Positions 39,967 through 53,648 of a stretch of DNA of 64,000 nt are shown here, piece after piece. The DNA is from Phoronis australis (lineage: Eukaryota > Animalia > Phoronida), in NCBI GenBank assembly GCA_002633005.1, contig NMRA01000399.1, positions 1 to 64,000 of the forward strand, given 5' to 3'. Each line of letters opens with the position of its first letter. Within the stretch, counting starts at the first letter, position 1. Below the pieces are notes generated by a model. It did not search any database. It saw nothing but the letters and a program-made list of their open reading frames with translations, and had not been told where the DNA came from. The translations under genes and the position numbers were made by a program.

Positions 39967-40150
39967 GTTTGAAATTGCACCAAAACTTTTGGTACTTACT
40001 AAATATAGTTTTCTTAAAACTGTTCTTCATCAATTTCTATCGGGGACTAGCACACGTGCCATTGTTTTATCTGTTTGTGAACCATATCGATGTGAAATAA
40101 ACCTTTACATACTTACTTACTGACGTGCATGAACTTGGAATCCTTCTTAA

Positions 40151-41484
40151 AGGTGAAGGCAACCTTTTTTCATATAACTTTTAGCAAAAATAAGGTTCGT
40201 TGATTATCCCAGACACATTTTTCACTTAATTACAGCTTTTCGTAATTTGATTAATTTTTCGTCCTCTACTCCGGAAGTGATGTTTTGGGAGGCAAGAGTT
40301 TCTCGCCAATTTCTTTTCATTATAGTCTGACTTTGAGAGCTGTCGAGTCAGTCATTGTTCTACCTCGTTTGTGATAAGTTTGGTCGTCGTTTGCTTTTGT
40401 TTACAAGTCAGTCAACATGCCACGCTGTTGCTGCGTGCCGGGATGTACTCATTATCGTCTCACACGCGCTTTGGGTACCTTACGTCGCTTTCCGAAGGAT
40501 GACACACTTCGCAGTACTTGGCTAGCTCGTTCATGTGAAGAACACAGCGCTACCCGTTCACGCAACGTACAAAGCGATGGAGGGTTACCGAGTGTGTGGC
40601 AAGCATTTCCTGCTGTAAGATTATGACAGATATGTAGGTCCCTGCGAAACATCGCCTGAAGAAGGGTACCATACAATCGCTGTTGATTCCCCGGCAGTAC
40701 TTCCCCGGCAGTACTTCCCCGTCGCCAACCCCAGGAAGTGCGTTTTTGAAGCGAGAAGCCTCGCGAGCTGTGGCCACTTTATAGTGACTGGAGGCACTTC
40801 ATCTACTGTCACCCGTGCCTCCGAACATACCCCATTGCGTGCAATTCCGGGAACTAGCAGTGATTCCCCCTGTGCTGTTGTCTGTAGCCAAGAGCCTGTA
40901 AGCAGCCCTGCAGCAATGTTGAGTAGTGGGAGTGAATACAGGCCCAGTTTGACACCCAGTGAAGACGACAGTTCATCATCCAGTGAACAGATCGGTGAGC
41001 CTAAGTTTGATAAGTTTATTGTGGACTTATGTATTGGAGCTATTTGGAAGGTGCCAGGTGTGTGGCGAGGGAGTCATACGGCGGGATGTAAGCAGTTTGG
41101 GTGCTCAGATCACCCTCCAGTGGGAGTGTGACGCGGGACACTCGGGCAAGTGGGACAGTTTTTCCTCAGCACGTGAGACGATAATGAGTACACCCCAGTA
41201 CGCAGCAACAGCGTGGCATGTTGACTGACTCATAAGCAAAAGCATACGACGACCGAACTTATCACAACCGAGGTAGAACAATGACTGACTCAACTGCTCT
41301 CACAGTCAGACTATATGAAAACAAATTGGCGCGAAATTCTTGCCTCCCAAAACGTCACTTCCTGAGTAGATGTCGAGTAATTAATTAAATTACGATAAGC
41401 AGTAACTAAGTGAAAAATATGTTTGGGATAATCAACGAACCTTATTTTTGCTAAAACTGACATGAAAAAAGGTTGCCTTCGTCT
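40151..41484 (+). mobile_element. Kolobok-like DNA transposon deletion derivative with a THAP-domain pseudogene
   Basis: TTAA TSD at 40147-40150 and 41485-41488. Termini AGGTGAAGGCAACCTTTTTTCAT / ATGAAAAAAGGTTGCCTTCGTCT. Frameshifted THAP MPRCCCVPGC...FPKDDTLRSTWL...YRVCGKHF from 40417, then LELFGRCQVCG...LQWECDAGHSGKWDS, as seen upstream of the catalytic domain in Kolobok transposases. Confidence 0.82.
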
Positions 41485-43467
41485 TTAATGTCAAGGTCGC
41501 GAATGTGTGAACTTGGAATACACTAGGAAACTTATAAATTTCACTCAAATAATCACATTGATGTTGATAAAAATTTGCACAATACTACAGCAAATTATAT
41601 ACTGGGGAACCCAATGTTCGTCCGCCTAAGCATAAAACCGACTTGCTGTTGTACTCACCGAATTATTCCACTTCAAAGTTATGATCTGAATAGGATTCGA
41701 TTTAACTCTCACAGATATACCGCATTCATCGANCCTTCGGTCACAGCCAGCTGGCTGGCTTTCAGTTCACTTTGTTTTGATTATGCCTAGTTGACCCAGA
41801 CTGACCCAGCCAGCACTGTTCTACTGTAGACTGGACCGTCATGTGGCGCCATCTATCGTTCTTTATTGTAGTTGATTGTATGCTCTCTATTTGATTTCGT
41901 CGCTAGTCACATGAACGTTATCGTGTTTGCCAAACTACCATTTTAGATAGAGTTTTGAACGGGCTTTCAGATGATAATTTCCATTTTGCGCTACGACGTC
42001 TACTTTTTGAATTATTCGAGATTTTCGGATACCGTTGTTCCTTCGATCACGTATGCACTCAGCTGGCTGGCTTTCAGTTCACTTTGTTTTGGTTATGTCT
42101 GCACAAGTTAACAGAGAGTTGTGACCCCGACTGACCCAGGTAGCACTGTCGTACTGTAGACTGGAATTCCAGGCGAAATACTATTGTAAACATAACTTTG
42201 CTCTGCAGACTGTCACATAGTGCCACCTATTTTGGATTGCGGGAACAAAGCATGGTTCGTCCGTCATGTTGCGCTATCTATTGTTCTTTATTGTAGTTCA
42301 TTATAGGCTCTCTATTTGATTTCTTCGCTAGTCACATGAATGTTACCGTGTTATTCATTATTGTCGCCTTGATCGTCATGATTGTCGTTGTCCTCCCCAT
42401 TGTCGTCTTTCGATTAATTCCGCCAAGTGTCGCTCCTCCGAGCGCTCTCGTTTATCTCTTGATTACTTGGCCAAATTAGATAGAAACAAAACCTACGTCA
42501 ACGATGTAAATATGGAGTAGCTTAAAAGTTGTCAAATGTTTCCAAAAACGAGTTTTGTGGCGAAAATGAGCCCACAGGCACAGCAAACTGACACTTACTG
42601 ACTTACTAGACAGTTTTAGGGGGAGCCCAAGGGTTAGCGAGGGCCTAGTGAGGTATGAGACATTTTTGTGTATTTTTGGAATGATAATAACCTGAGGAAT
42701 CGAACAACAGGTCAACCAAAATCTTCTGAGTAGGTCAATGTCGTCATCGTCATGTTGTGTACGTACATTGAATATTGAATAGTTCACGCCATCTTGGGAC
42801 GGGTCGAGAATCGAGATTAATCAGGATTTCAAGTTCACACACTGCATAAAAATGGCCCGGTAAGCTGGCATGATAATCCATTCAATCAAGGGTAACATTT
42901 CTACGAACCTCTCGCACATTTGCCATTATCTCAGGACTAAATGCGCTCCACACTGCTCAATGATCAAACACTAGTACAGTAAGCAGGTAAACCCTCCTTT
43001 CGTTTGAGCTTCCCGAAACTTCCACATGTGTTTCAAAGAAATAAAGGAGTTCTGTTTTAGTATAGATTCGTATTTTTCAAATAAAGATATTTTTGTCTCA
43101 AGGAGCTAAAGATGATAATTTTAAATACAAGTTCAAAATGCAGACTTCACATATTTTCGAAAATGATCAATTTGGAAAAAACATACAGTTCAAGAAAGGA
43201 TCTTTTTCGAACACTTTGGTCTATTAACCTGCGCACTCAAGATCTACGCATGGAGGAAGCGGATGTTGTTCACTGATGGCACATGTCTCATGTGCAAAGA
43301 TCCGACGTTGGAAGATGTTCGTTAATACTCTAGTTCTCGCAAGTATTTTCCCGGCTCTAACTCTTATTGAATGAACAACGAGGATCGGAAATTTTCCATT
43401 GAAATCTCTGGCCTGAGTGCTAGAAACGTGTTTCGTGCGATATTACTTTCCGTTACGCTGCTACATC

Positions 43468-46400
43468 ATGTCTCAGTCGCGGAATTTGCGCGAGTCGATA
43501 ATGCTCGACAATGACTTTTTCAAGAGCGTCATAGACACTATACCTGCAATGCAATATTTTGACAGTGATACAAAAGAGAAGATAAAGCAGAAAAGAAACA
43601 AGCACATGGATGAGAAAGTACAAGGTATCGTGTCAGTTATAGTTCGCAGAAGTTTGTTAAATCATACGTCGGATATAGCGGTCCCTGCCAGTTTCATCCA
43701 CTGAATAAATTGGCCTAGGTCAGGACCAATTGCCATGCAATAGCATTAGACAGCAGTCCCCACTTCAGAATTTAGTGAACGTACGTTGTGGGTTAGGCAA
43801 TGACCATTGCCTCTGTTGGCCCGACCAGAGGCGATGCAGCTCCTGTAGGCACTCCATACGCCGGAAGCTTTTCGGCGAATTATGCCTCACACCGACTAAA
43901 ACATCAAAGTCACGTTGTTATAAATACCTTTTGCACATAGAGGAACACCTTGGGAGGTTGTCGATGTGTTTAATTCCTTCCAACTCGAACAAATACTCCT
44001 GTTATCAAACTTCTTCTTCGAGCAGTCCGTATTTCAGTTCCCAAAACCGTGAACTCACCATTTTCACTCGACGCACGCCAAGAGATAGGACCTCATTCAT
44101 TTAACCAGGCCGAAGGTCAGAAGTTGCGGTCCTACCGGCGGACTTTGAAAGCTGAAGTCCCCGCACTCTGCGTACATGCTGTCGGGAACCTGCCGTGCAT
44201 TTGCCGTGTTGTTAAACATTAAAATGTCAAATATTTGCATAAATACTATTAAATGTTGTATCAGCAACATTTATTTTTATCAAATACAAACAATAATTCA
44301 TTGAAATATAATCAGTTTCAAGTATTGCCAATTAAAGACAAGTAGTGGTGGCATTTTGGAAACGAACATTTGACTGACAAGACCGCAGTGGCTGACCTTT
44401 GACCTATTTAAAGATTGAGGCCAGGCATGGTCCACTGCATTATCAAATCGTAGCATCAGTGGTTAAGGTCCTCAATCCCTCGATGTTGGGGCTGAATATC
44501 GTATACTCATTCCCTTCTGAAAAATAGTGAAAAGTCAAGTGATTGAAAATTCCCCTCCAGATTTGAATCACTTGTAACTCTTACAGTTGACAACTTGAAA
44601 GAGCACAATGGCTACAGAGCCTGTGAGCTGGGCCTGCAACAGGATGGGAGTCGTATTGATGGTTATCGGGTAATAGAATTTTCCCCTCACCTTGAAATAT
44701 TACCCTCTCAGAAGGCATAGACACCTTTCCTGTTGGATGTATGAGGGCCCTGGTGGTATATATAGACTTTCCATTCAACGACACCCGCATATAGTGGAAT
44801 TTTCNAAAATAAAGGGCTAATTATCGCTCTTCAAACGTTCATAAAAAGTCAACGGCTCAACGGAATTTGTTAATTTTTTTTGTTTGAATCTGTTTTGCAT
44901 GTTTTTTAAATCAATGCATTTTTAAATATTAAATAAGAATTTGAATTTTTTTGTCACGTCCCTACTATAGGCACTCCATACGCCAGAAGCCTTTCGGCGA
45001 ATTATGCCTCACACCGACTAAAACATCAAAGTCACATTGTTATAAATGCCTTTTGCGCATAGAGGAACACCTTGGGAGGTTGTCGATGTGTTTAATTCCT
45101 TCCAACTCGAACAAATACTCCCGTTATCAAACTTCTTCGAGCAGTCCGTATTTCAGTTCCCAAAACCGTGAACTCGCCATTTTCACTCGACGCACGCCAA
45201 GAGATAGGCCCTCATTCATTTAACCAGGCCGAAGGTCAGAAGTTGCGGTCCTACCGGCGGACTTTGAAAGCTGAAGTCCCCGCCCTCTGCGTACATGCTG
45301 CCGGGAACCTGCCGTGCATTTGCCGTGTTGTTAAACATTAAAATGTCGAAATATTTACATAAATACTATTAAATGTTGTATCAGCAGCATTTATTTTTAT
45401 CAAATACAAACAATAATTCATTAAAATACAATCAGTTTCAAGTATTGCCAATTAAAGACAAGTAGTGGTGGCATTTTGGAAACGAACATTTAACTGACAA
45501 GACCGAAGTGGCTGACCTTTGACCTATTTAAAGATTGAGGCCAGGCATGGTCCACTGCATTATCAAATCGTAGCATCAGTGGTTAAGGTCCTCAATCCCT
45601 CGATGTTGGGGCCAAATATCGTATACTCATTCCCTTCTGAAAAATAGTGAAAAATCAAGTGATTGAAAATTCCCCTCGAGATTTGAATCACTTGTAACTC
45701 TTACAGATGACAACTTGAAAGAGCACAATGGCTACAGAGCCTGTGAGCTGGGCCTACAACAGGATGGGAGTCGTATTGATGGTTATCGGGTAGTAGAATT
45801 TTCCCCTCACCTTGAAATATTACCCTCTCAGAAGGCATAGACACCTTTCCTGTTGGATGTATGAGGGCCCTGGTGGTAGATATAGACTTTCCATTCAACG
45901 ACAACCGCATATAGTGGAATTTTCCCATCAGTGACCCTCACCGTCTTGCTTTAGGAGAGTCATGACCCCCATCAGCCCACTGAGCTCCTGTGTTCATCTT
46001 TGAGTCATAGTTACAAGTAGAAAATTCATCTGTCCAGTGTTGGTGTTGAACATGGGTTGCCAACGTATGAGTTTAGCATCCAAACTGATTGTATAGAGAA
46101 TAACTGACCATTAGGAAGGATTTGAATTTAGGTGCATCACAACAGCGCGCAAACTCACCATGATAACTTTTCTTCTTCTGTTGTGTTAAACTTGCTTAGT
46201 TCGTCTACATTGTATCTGAAAGAAAGGAAGTTCATTGGCCATGCATTGAATCGCTTACCTGTTAAGTGTTGCATAGTGTCAATGACCACATAGGAAAAAT
46301 CCCATCGCTTCTATTTGAAGTTGTTGTTTGCACAGCGACACTGTTACATGACCGCCACCACTGCAACAGATACGTAAAGGTACAACACTTCACACCAGAA

Positions 46401-49400
46401 TTTCAAAAATGACCAGTTTCAGTTGTCCGGATCTAACATGCAGGACATTGTCAAGAGAAAGAATAATTATCTATTATTGGTTGACCCCGTGTTTTTTGGA
46501 AATTTATGCAGATTTGGGTTTCATGTGGACGCATGAAGTTGGGCAGGGTGCTCAACTGAAATTGTGGGTGGAAGCATAGTACTTTTCTGGCAGAAGACTT
46601 GGATCTCTGATTATAACAAAGTGAATGAAAGATGGCCTGTTTTCATAAAATTTGGTTAGCTCCCAGCCTCCCAAAGGACCAACGGTATCTGTGAATATGT
46701 AATACGTGTCAGTTTTAACCATATTGCCAAAACAAGTACTGGTCAGTAGTAGATGCAGTGTTCTCCATGACCTGTTTTGACTCGACACGGTAACAAGTTT
46801 GGATTTTGCCGCGTCGAGTTTGGGGAAAGTGCTTCGAGTTTGGGGAAAGTGCTTCGAGTTTGGGGAAAGTATGTCACGTTTAAAAATTGCGGCGCCAGGT
46901 TTAAACCTTTGGCTGGCTTGGTGCTTCAGCCCTCAGCATCTAATCAAGAGTCTGATTTTAACATACTTCACTTCACTAAGAGGCAGTTGATAGTACCGTA
47001 TTCGCCGTAATAAGGCGCCCGGGGCGCTTAGTAAAATTTCGTTTCAAGGGTCAGGCGCTTATTGAATATTTTTACCGAAGGAGGTTGAAACCCGGTCTCT
47101 AAAACGCGAGAAATCGAAGCTAGGATTCATCAAATTTGCGCTACGTGATGTATCTGTAGCTTATGACAGACTTTCTACAAAACTGTGGCGCATTGCTTTC
47201 AAATTTCTTTGTTAAATTACGATCACTTTACATAAAATTCTCCTGAAATCCCACGGCGAAAACTCACCGATGCGCCGCTGCCTCACGATCGTCAACAGGA
47301 CAGCTTGAGTAAAAATATAGTTTCGACTCAACAAATTGCCTGAAATCCTCACTTAAGTTTTCCAAATTGCGTCCCTAAGATTTTAAGTTCCTATGAATGC
47401 ATTAAATAAGTGATTAATAAGGCAATCCCTCTTAAAAATAACGCTACAGTTTTTATGGTGTTAGAAACTTTCTGAAATTAGTGCCAATGTTTATTTCTTG
47501 CCAATATGCTATCCGTGTAGTTTCGTGGATAGTTCCCCAAGACTAATGTCTGCGATGACAAGTGACAGCTATGTAGCACGCGCTTCCTGGCTGCATGCTT
47601 TTAACAACAAGTTTTTTATTCGTGAGACAGTCGTCAGCTGAATGGGCACCTCGAACAATTCGCGATTTTCATGTGTAGGCCCTACAAAGTGTCAAAAAGT
47701 AGGTCACACGTGACTAGTTCAGTGTACATTTTTTGACACGTATATAAGTACCTCCGGTGGAGATGTTAAGGCTAGACGGTGTTGACTACTGATACTGAAC
47801 TCTAGAAATTTGTGTAGAGTTTGGAATTGGTATTGTGGAGAACACTGAGATAGGGAACATAGGGAAAGGATATCTCTGACCCAAACAAAGGTTACGACAA
47901 TCTACTGTTCACAATCGCATTGCGCTCTTTGTCATGTAACCCAACTCCAACTGTGTGGTAACAACACACTTCTTTCATTAACAAATTTCCCTCTTCACCC
48001 TTTGAGTTCTTATGCTGTCAACAGTCATATTTTTTAATTTATGTTTTTGCATTATTGCAGAGATTGAGAAAGGACGCCAGACAAGCTTGGATTGGTCTGA
48101 CAAAGCCAAGCTGAAACGGGCCCGTTTTGATCCAAAGGAGAACGCTACAGTGTCGCAAGTACAGAGCCAACTCGAGTCAGAAAGAGGTTTGTAGGTCAAG
48201 GGTCAACCATGTCTCATAAGAGCTGCTCAGTTGTGGTAGTACTATTTCATAAAATTCTGTAAGGTCACAAGGCTCGGCACTGGCAGCTGTAAATACAGCG
48301 AGAAGTCACAAGGCTCAGCACTGGCAGATGTACATACAGTGAGAGGTCACAAAGCTCGGCACTGGCAGCTGTAAATACAGTGAGAGGTCGTTATCATGAA
48401 GTGGCGTTGTAACTAGGAATGGTGCAAGGAGCTGTCAATCAATGTCTGACTTCACTCCTGTAAAACAAATTCAATTCTTGACAACACAATCTTCAAAGCC
48501 TTTTCGTGTGCCTAATTGTGGAGCTTAGGCGCATTGCCCATACCTGAAATAAACGAGTGGGAAAATCTTTCGAAAAAACGCATTATTTTTGGTATGGGTG
48601 CATGCGTTTACATGCAGGGTTTTGCGGGAGTTGTTTTTGTTTAAACTAAAATGATTCTCATGACAAAATCCATTTACAGTGAAGTTATATTTGAAAGTTA
48701 AATCTTGACCATAACAATATTTATCAGAACTTATCAAACTTCGCATTCTTGTCATCAGAAATGAATGATATGGAAATTAACATACCCGACCATGATCACT
48801 GTGCCAGTAAATGTATGTCGCACTTAAGTCATCAAAATGACCACATGTAAGTCCTCACTCGGACAAGTTGTCGCTTTTTTCGGGTCTCGTACGTGATGAG
48901 TTAAGGAAGTTCACTTGTACATTCAGTATTGGCTATACGTTATTTGATGTTCAAATCATTACGTCTTTAATATGTATCAGAATATCGTATAAAATGTCAA
49001 AATTCTGTTTTCCATCATTACTGGTTGTAGGCAATCCTGACTTGTCATTTGACTGTTTGGTTGAATTGCACTTACTGCACTGTAAGGAGAATCTGGGTCA
49101 TGTCTGGGGGGGGTACTCCGTCATTTTGTTGGGGGGTACTCCGTCATTTTGTCTGTTTATTTTAGAAGTATATATTTTATTTTATTTTAATTATTTAAAC
49201 TTCTTTAAAAGACTGGGTGACCACTTCAGTGAGTACACTTATTTTCAAATGGGTCCAGTTGGAAATAGAGGAAGTACAATACAGAGAGCTATGTACACTT
49301 AGATTGAAAAGATTAGTATATAAAATGAAATACTAGTTAATGTGTACAATCAGATGAATAAATAAGTAAAATAATGATGAGCTGAGGCCTACAGTCCCAA

Positions 49401-51777
49401 ACTGCGCACCAAGTCCCAGTATTTCTGTTTGAAGACGTGGACATTGGGCTCATTCGTGACAGCAGTCTCCAGCCCGTTGTAAGCGACAGCACCTCTGTAG
49501 GCAAAGTTCTTTTGAAAGTATAGTGATGTGTCTGAACATCATGTATATTGCACAACGACACTTAATGTCATGGATCTGAAATTTGTTTTCTGTTGTTTAA
49601 AGTGCTGTGGGATGGGAAGTCTGTAGTCAGTTTGTGTCTGCATAACACATGCGTTGCAAATGTTAATACAGATTCACATGCAGACATGTGGGCTTGTTTA
49701 TAATTAAGTGTCCTCTAGAATTTATAAAACTTAAAGATTTAGTGTTTTCCGAATTCTAATTGTCATTTACTTGTTTTTTTTTTACAGAGGAAGAAGAACC
49801 CGTCCAAAAGAAGCAGAAGAAGAAGAAGGCAAAGCGTCAAATGCAAAATAAACAAAGTGGTGAAAACGATGACTTTGATGAATTAAAAAGTTCCACTAGC
49901 AGTCTTGAAGACTTAAGGCAGAAATTGCAGGCAAAGATCAGTAGTCTACAAGGTACTGTAAACCTTCATTTAATTACCATCCTGCGCAATGTACACATAG
50001 TTGGCTCACTGCAAAATTAATTAGAAAATGAAATTTTGTTTCATTAAACAAATTTCTTGTTAAAAACGAACACTGAGGGTATCACCTTTCATCCCTGTCA
50101 TAATGGTTTCTACCACTCAGCTGTGATGAAACAATAAGTTAATATGATTATTGATGCGCAACTTGGTTCTCCATGTTAAGAAATTGAAAGGACGGTAAAT
50201 TTTGTCTTTCTATTGGTGCAGTAGTTTGAGAATTGTCGTAGACACTGATCGGTCCCCCAGGTGTGATTTCATTGTTGTGTGACCTGCTTCTTAAAACTAA
50301 GGATGTTGTTTGACCTTTGGATAACATCAAGTTAGATAAGATTTGATAGAAAATTCATTTCACAAAAGCCTTGTTTTCATTCGAGCGCCTTCATTGGGAC
50401 TTAGTAAAACTTCCCCTGGAAATTGAATGACATCTGTTCTCAAATCATTTGTGATTTGACATTTTTGCGTTTAATGATTTTTGTGATATCTGTCGTCGAA
50501 ATGTAGCTGTATTTTTTCTATTCCTATTGGTTAATTCATTTTACTATGTATGACCAGCTTCTCACAATTCAATGTGGGATTTTGATGGATGTGATGTATC
50601 TGTCACAGACGAATCGAGGGGGGACATCAAAGGGTCCGTCCCCCTCTTTTTCCCTTGGTTTTAGCAATATCAAATCTAGAATTTTGAAATTATGGACTTG
50701 GACCCCCTTTTCAAAAGAATCCTTGAGCTGTCTCCCCTTTTAAAAAATTTTGGATCCGCCCCTGTCTATCCAGCTGTAAAAAAATCAGTCATCAACGTTG
50801 TGCTTGGCTTCTTCATTGTGACCAGTGTGCTCTTTTAGAAAAATGCCTCTCTACAAGATTTGCTGGTGAAGTTTCACCCGAGTTGAGTTGTATAGACCAC
50901 AAGACATTGTTTTGCACTCATGGTGAAAAGTATTCCCACAATGCAACACTCCAGTCTCGCTGACTGATCACTTCAGAGTTCACCACTTTGCTAGCCTGTA
51001 TGGCATGAAGAATTATGGGATTGTTAGGGAATTATGGGATTGTTAGGGAATTATGGGATTGTTAGGGAATTGTGGGTAGTAATCAAGGTGGCTGCCCCTT
51101 CACCCAAACAAGTACAGAATTCCAAATTTGTGTTGTTTTTTTCAGCCAAGAGGAAGAATTTCTCAACTTACGATAAGATGCAACGTCTCAAGATGAAGCG
51201 GCAAGAAAGCAAAATGAAGCGAAGACTGAAGCTGAAGTCGCAGAAAAATAACGAACACAAACAGACTACCACAGACGGTGGCTCTAAAGTAGTCAAACCT
51301 TCAATGACCAATAGTAAGCCTGTGTATAACAAGGAGGGGAAAATGGTGTTTAGCAAATTTGATTTCACTGACATCGGTGACGGCGACAAGAAAAGCAAGA
51401 AAGAGAAGAGTAAAGACTTCAAGAGGTTGTTGCAAAAGGCGGAACAGCAGCGGGATCAGGTGAGGAGTTTAGAAAACACAGATTTGAACAAGGCAAAAAA
51501 CCTGGAAGAGAGACAGAAGTGGGATAAGGTGATAAAGAAAGCTGAGGGGTTCAAAGTTCGGGATGACCCGCAGTTGTTGAAGAAGGCGATTAAGCGAAAG
51601 GAGAAGATAAAGCAGAAATCGGCGAATATGTGGGAGGAAAGGACAAAAAAAACGGATGAACGTGTAAAAGCGAGGCAAGAGAAGAGACAAAAGAATATTA
51701 AACGTAAAAAAGAGTCGACGATTAAGAAGAAGGTGAACAAGGCAAAGAAAAAGGGGCGAGTTATCCCAGGCTTCTAA
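43468..51777 (+). CDS. SURF6: Surfeit locus protein 6 / Rrp14 nucleolar ribosome biogenesis factor (~359 aa)
   Basis: Exons are 43468-43624, 48061-48186, 49788-49952 and 51146-51777, all phase-1 introns, 1080 nt. The C-terminal FSKFDF, KAEGFKVRDDPQLLKKAIKRKEKIKQKS..WEER...RQKNI and GRVIPGF* are SURF6 hallmarks. Small extra exons cannot be excluded. Confidence 0.92.
43846..45924. repeat. Near-identical ~960-bp direct duplication (43846-44804 and ~44967-45924) in SURF6 intron 1, across a single-N join
   Basis: Identical runs with scattered SNPs; copy 1 ends exactly at N 44805. Confidence 0.88.
46996..47680. mobile_element. Truncated pogo/Tigger-like (Tc1/mariner) non-autonomous element
   Basis: TA+CCGTATTCGCCGTAATAAGGCGCCC terminus. 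The interior resembles 34260-35165, and a matching opposite end (GGGCGCTTATTAGGGCGAATA.CGG) is at ~35515-35540. Confidence 0.6.
48264..48390. repeat. ~41-bp tandem repeat x3
   Basis: GTCACAAGGCTCGGCACTGGCAGCTGTAAATACAGTGAGA units. Confidence 0.85.
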
Positions 51778-53114
51778 TGTGTAATTTCGTGGGAATTTGG
51801 TTTTGTAAGTCAAGGCTGATGCAAATGTACATGTTTGTTAAAGGGACATTGTTGGGTTTATGGCCGGAAAAGGTGTTTTCGAGTATATTGTTATCGTAAT
51901 ATGGTATCGACTTCTTCAAGTCATTGACTTTGACCAAAGATGTAAAACAGAGTATGGGTGTTTGTCATTTTATTACAACTGTTCAATTCTAGGCGTTGCT
52001 TGCCAGTTGTTCACTAATTGGAAGCTAATGACTGCATCAGTTAAATACTGTTAAAATAATCATGGCTGATTTGCCTTTAAAAGTGGGATTTAGTTCTGTT
52101 GACAAAGGGTCAGTCAACAAGTGGTGAGGTCTTGTGTGTGATTTTTGGGGCTCACCTTGAAAAAAGTAATTGTAGAATAGCGCTGCAAAACTAGTGAGAT
52201 ATATTTTATATTTTGTTAGTATTTGCCACTGTTATTGTCATTGAGACAACAATACTGCAACAGTATAGAAAGTTCTTTAAAAAATCTTGGCCATAATAAG
52301 CATCTGAACATTCTAGTTATCAGAATCCCTCCACCCTCACCAAACTAGGTGTGCTCTTTCAGTTTTTTTTGAATCACTTTGGTAGATGTGTGTAAGTCAA
52401 CGATGTGCACATTGATGTAACGAGATTTAGTTCAGTATGTAAAAATTGCTTCTATTACTGTGATGTACTATTACTGTGATGGGGGTTTTCATATCTATCT
52501 GATGATAAGCAAGTGCATTTACTAATGAGAACACATGTTTAGATGCCGAGGCCGATCTTGAAAAATAAAACTTTTCTCTTTCAGATTATGTTCCTTTAAA
52601 GTGAACGCAGAAATGTTCATGTTTCAAGATCGGCCTCGGTATCTAATGGAACCTGGAACCCCCGTAACCACAGCCAAACTGTGTGCTGGCAGACCTGAAT
52701 CCTTTTCGATGAATTGCAGAGTTTTTAAGCGTATTTAAATGGCAAGGTCACAAATCATGATTTTATTGATTGTCTAATGGACAAGGTTGAGAATTGAGTA
52801 TTTGTAATCAAGTCACAAAATACTAAGTTACTTTTGGTCTTTTATAGCTTTGGTTAAAGTTATCTCCAGCCATCTTATCCTGTGCAACAGTAATCCTAGA
52901 ATTTATATTTTGGACATAAAACCAATAATGTTCACTAATTGTATTTCCTCCTTTCGTTGACCCAGATGTCAATTGGACACGAGATATCCAGTTGGTGATG
53001 CCTTTACAAACTGGCTAAAGTGCTAGCAGGTCAAAGGTCATATGAAGGTTGTAAAGGTCACTTGTACTGGCTCTTGGCTGTGTCTCGAGTTCCTCCATAA
53101 ATACTGACATTCTT

Positions 53115-53648
53115 CATGCGCGCGCACAGTCTAAAGTATAGGGGGGTACTTGAATTTTTGAGAATATGGACCTTTTACTAAAAAAGAACCAAGTCCATTC
53201 AGAGCTATGAATTCATGTCAGTCTTTTTGGTGGACCTTTTAGTGTACTTTTGTCTCATTTTCTCGTACTTTTTGTTTCTTTGAGGCAGACTTTTTTGCCC
53301 ATTTTGCCAAATGGGGGGCTCATTTGAGCCCCCCTGGGTGTGCAAATATTTTTACTAGTATTTCCATATCGAGCTTTCAGTCAATATCATGCGCGCACCC
53401 AGGGGGGCTCAAATGAGCCCCCCCTCCCAATTTGGCGAAGTGGGCAAAAAGGTCCACCTGCGAGAAACAAAAGTCCAAAAAAAATGAGATAAAAGTCTAC
53501 TAAACAAGCACACACGTGCAATTCATAGTGTTGCGCCCGTTTTTTTTGTTTTTCTTCTTTTTTTAATCTGCCAGTTATTTTGTTACCAAAAGGTCCACAA
53601 CGTTAGGAATTTGAGCCCCCCCCATATTGAAGGCTGGGTGCGCGCATG
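53115..53648. mobile_element. Two inverted MITE copies (CATGCGCGC termini) forming a palindrome
   Basis: CATGCGCGCACCCAG ... CTGGGTGCGCGCATG (53388-53648), plus an inverted related copy at 53115-53345. Confidence 0.6.
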
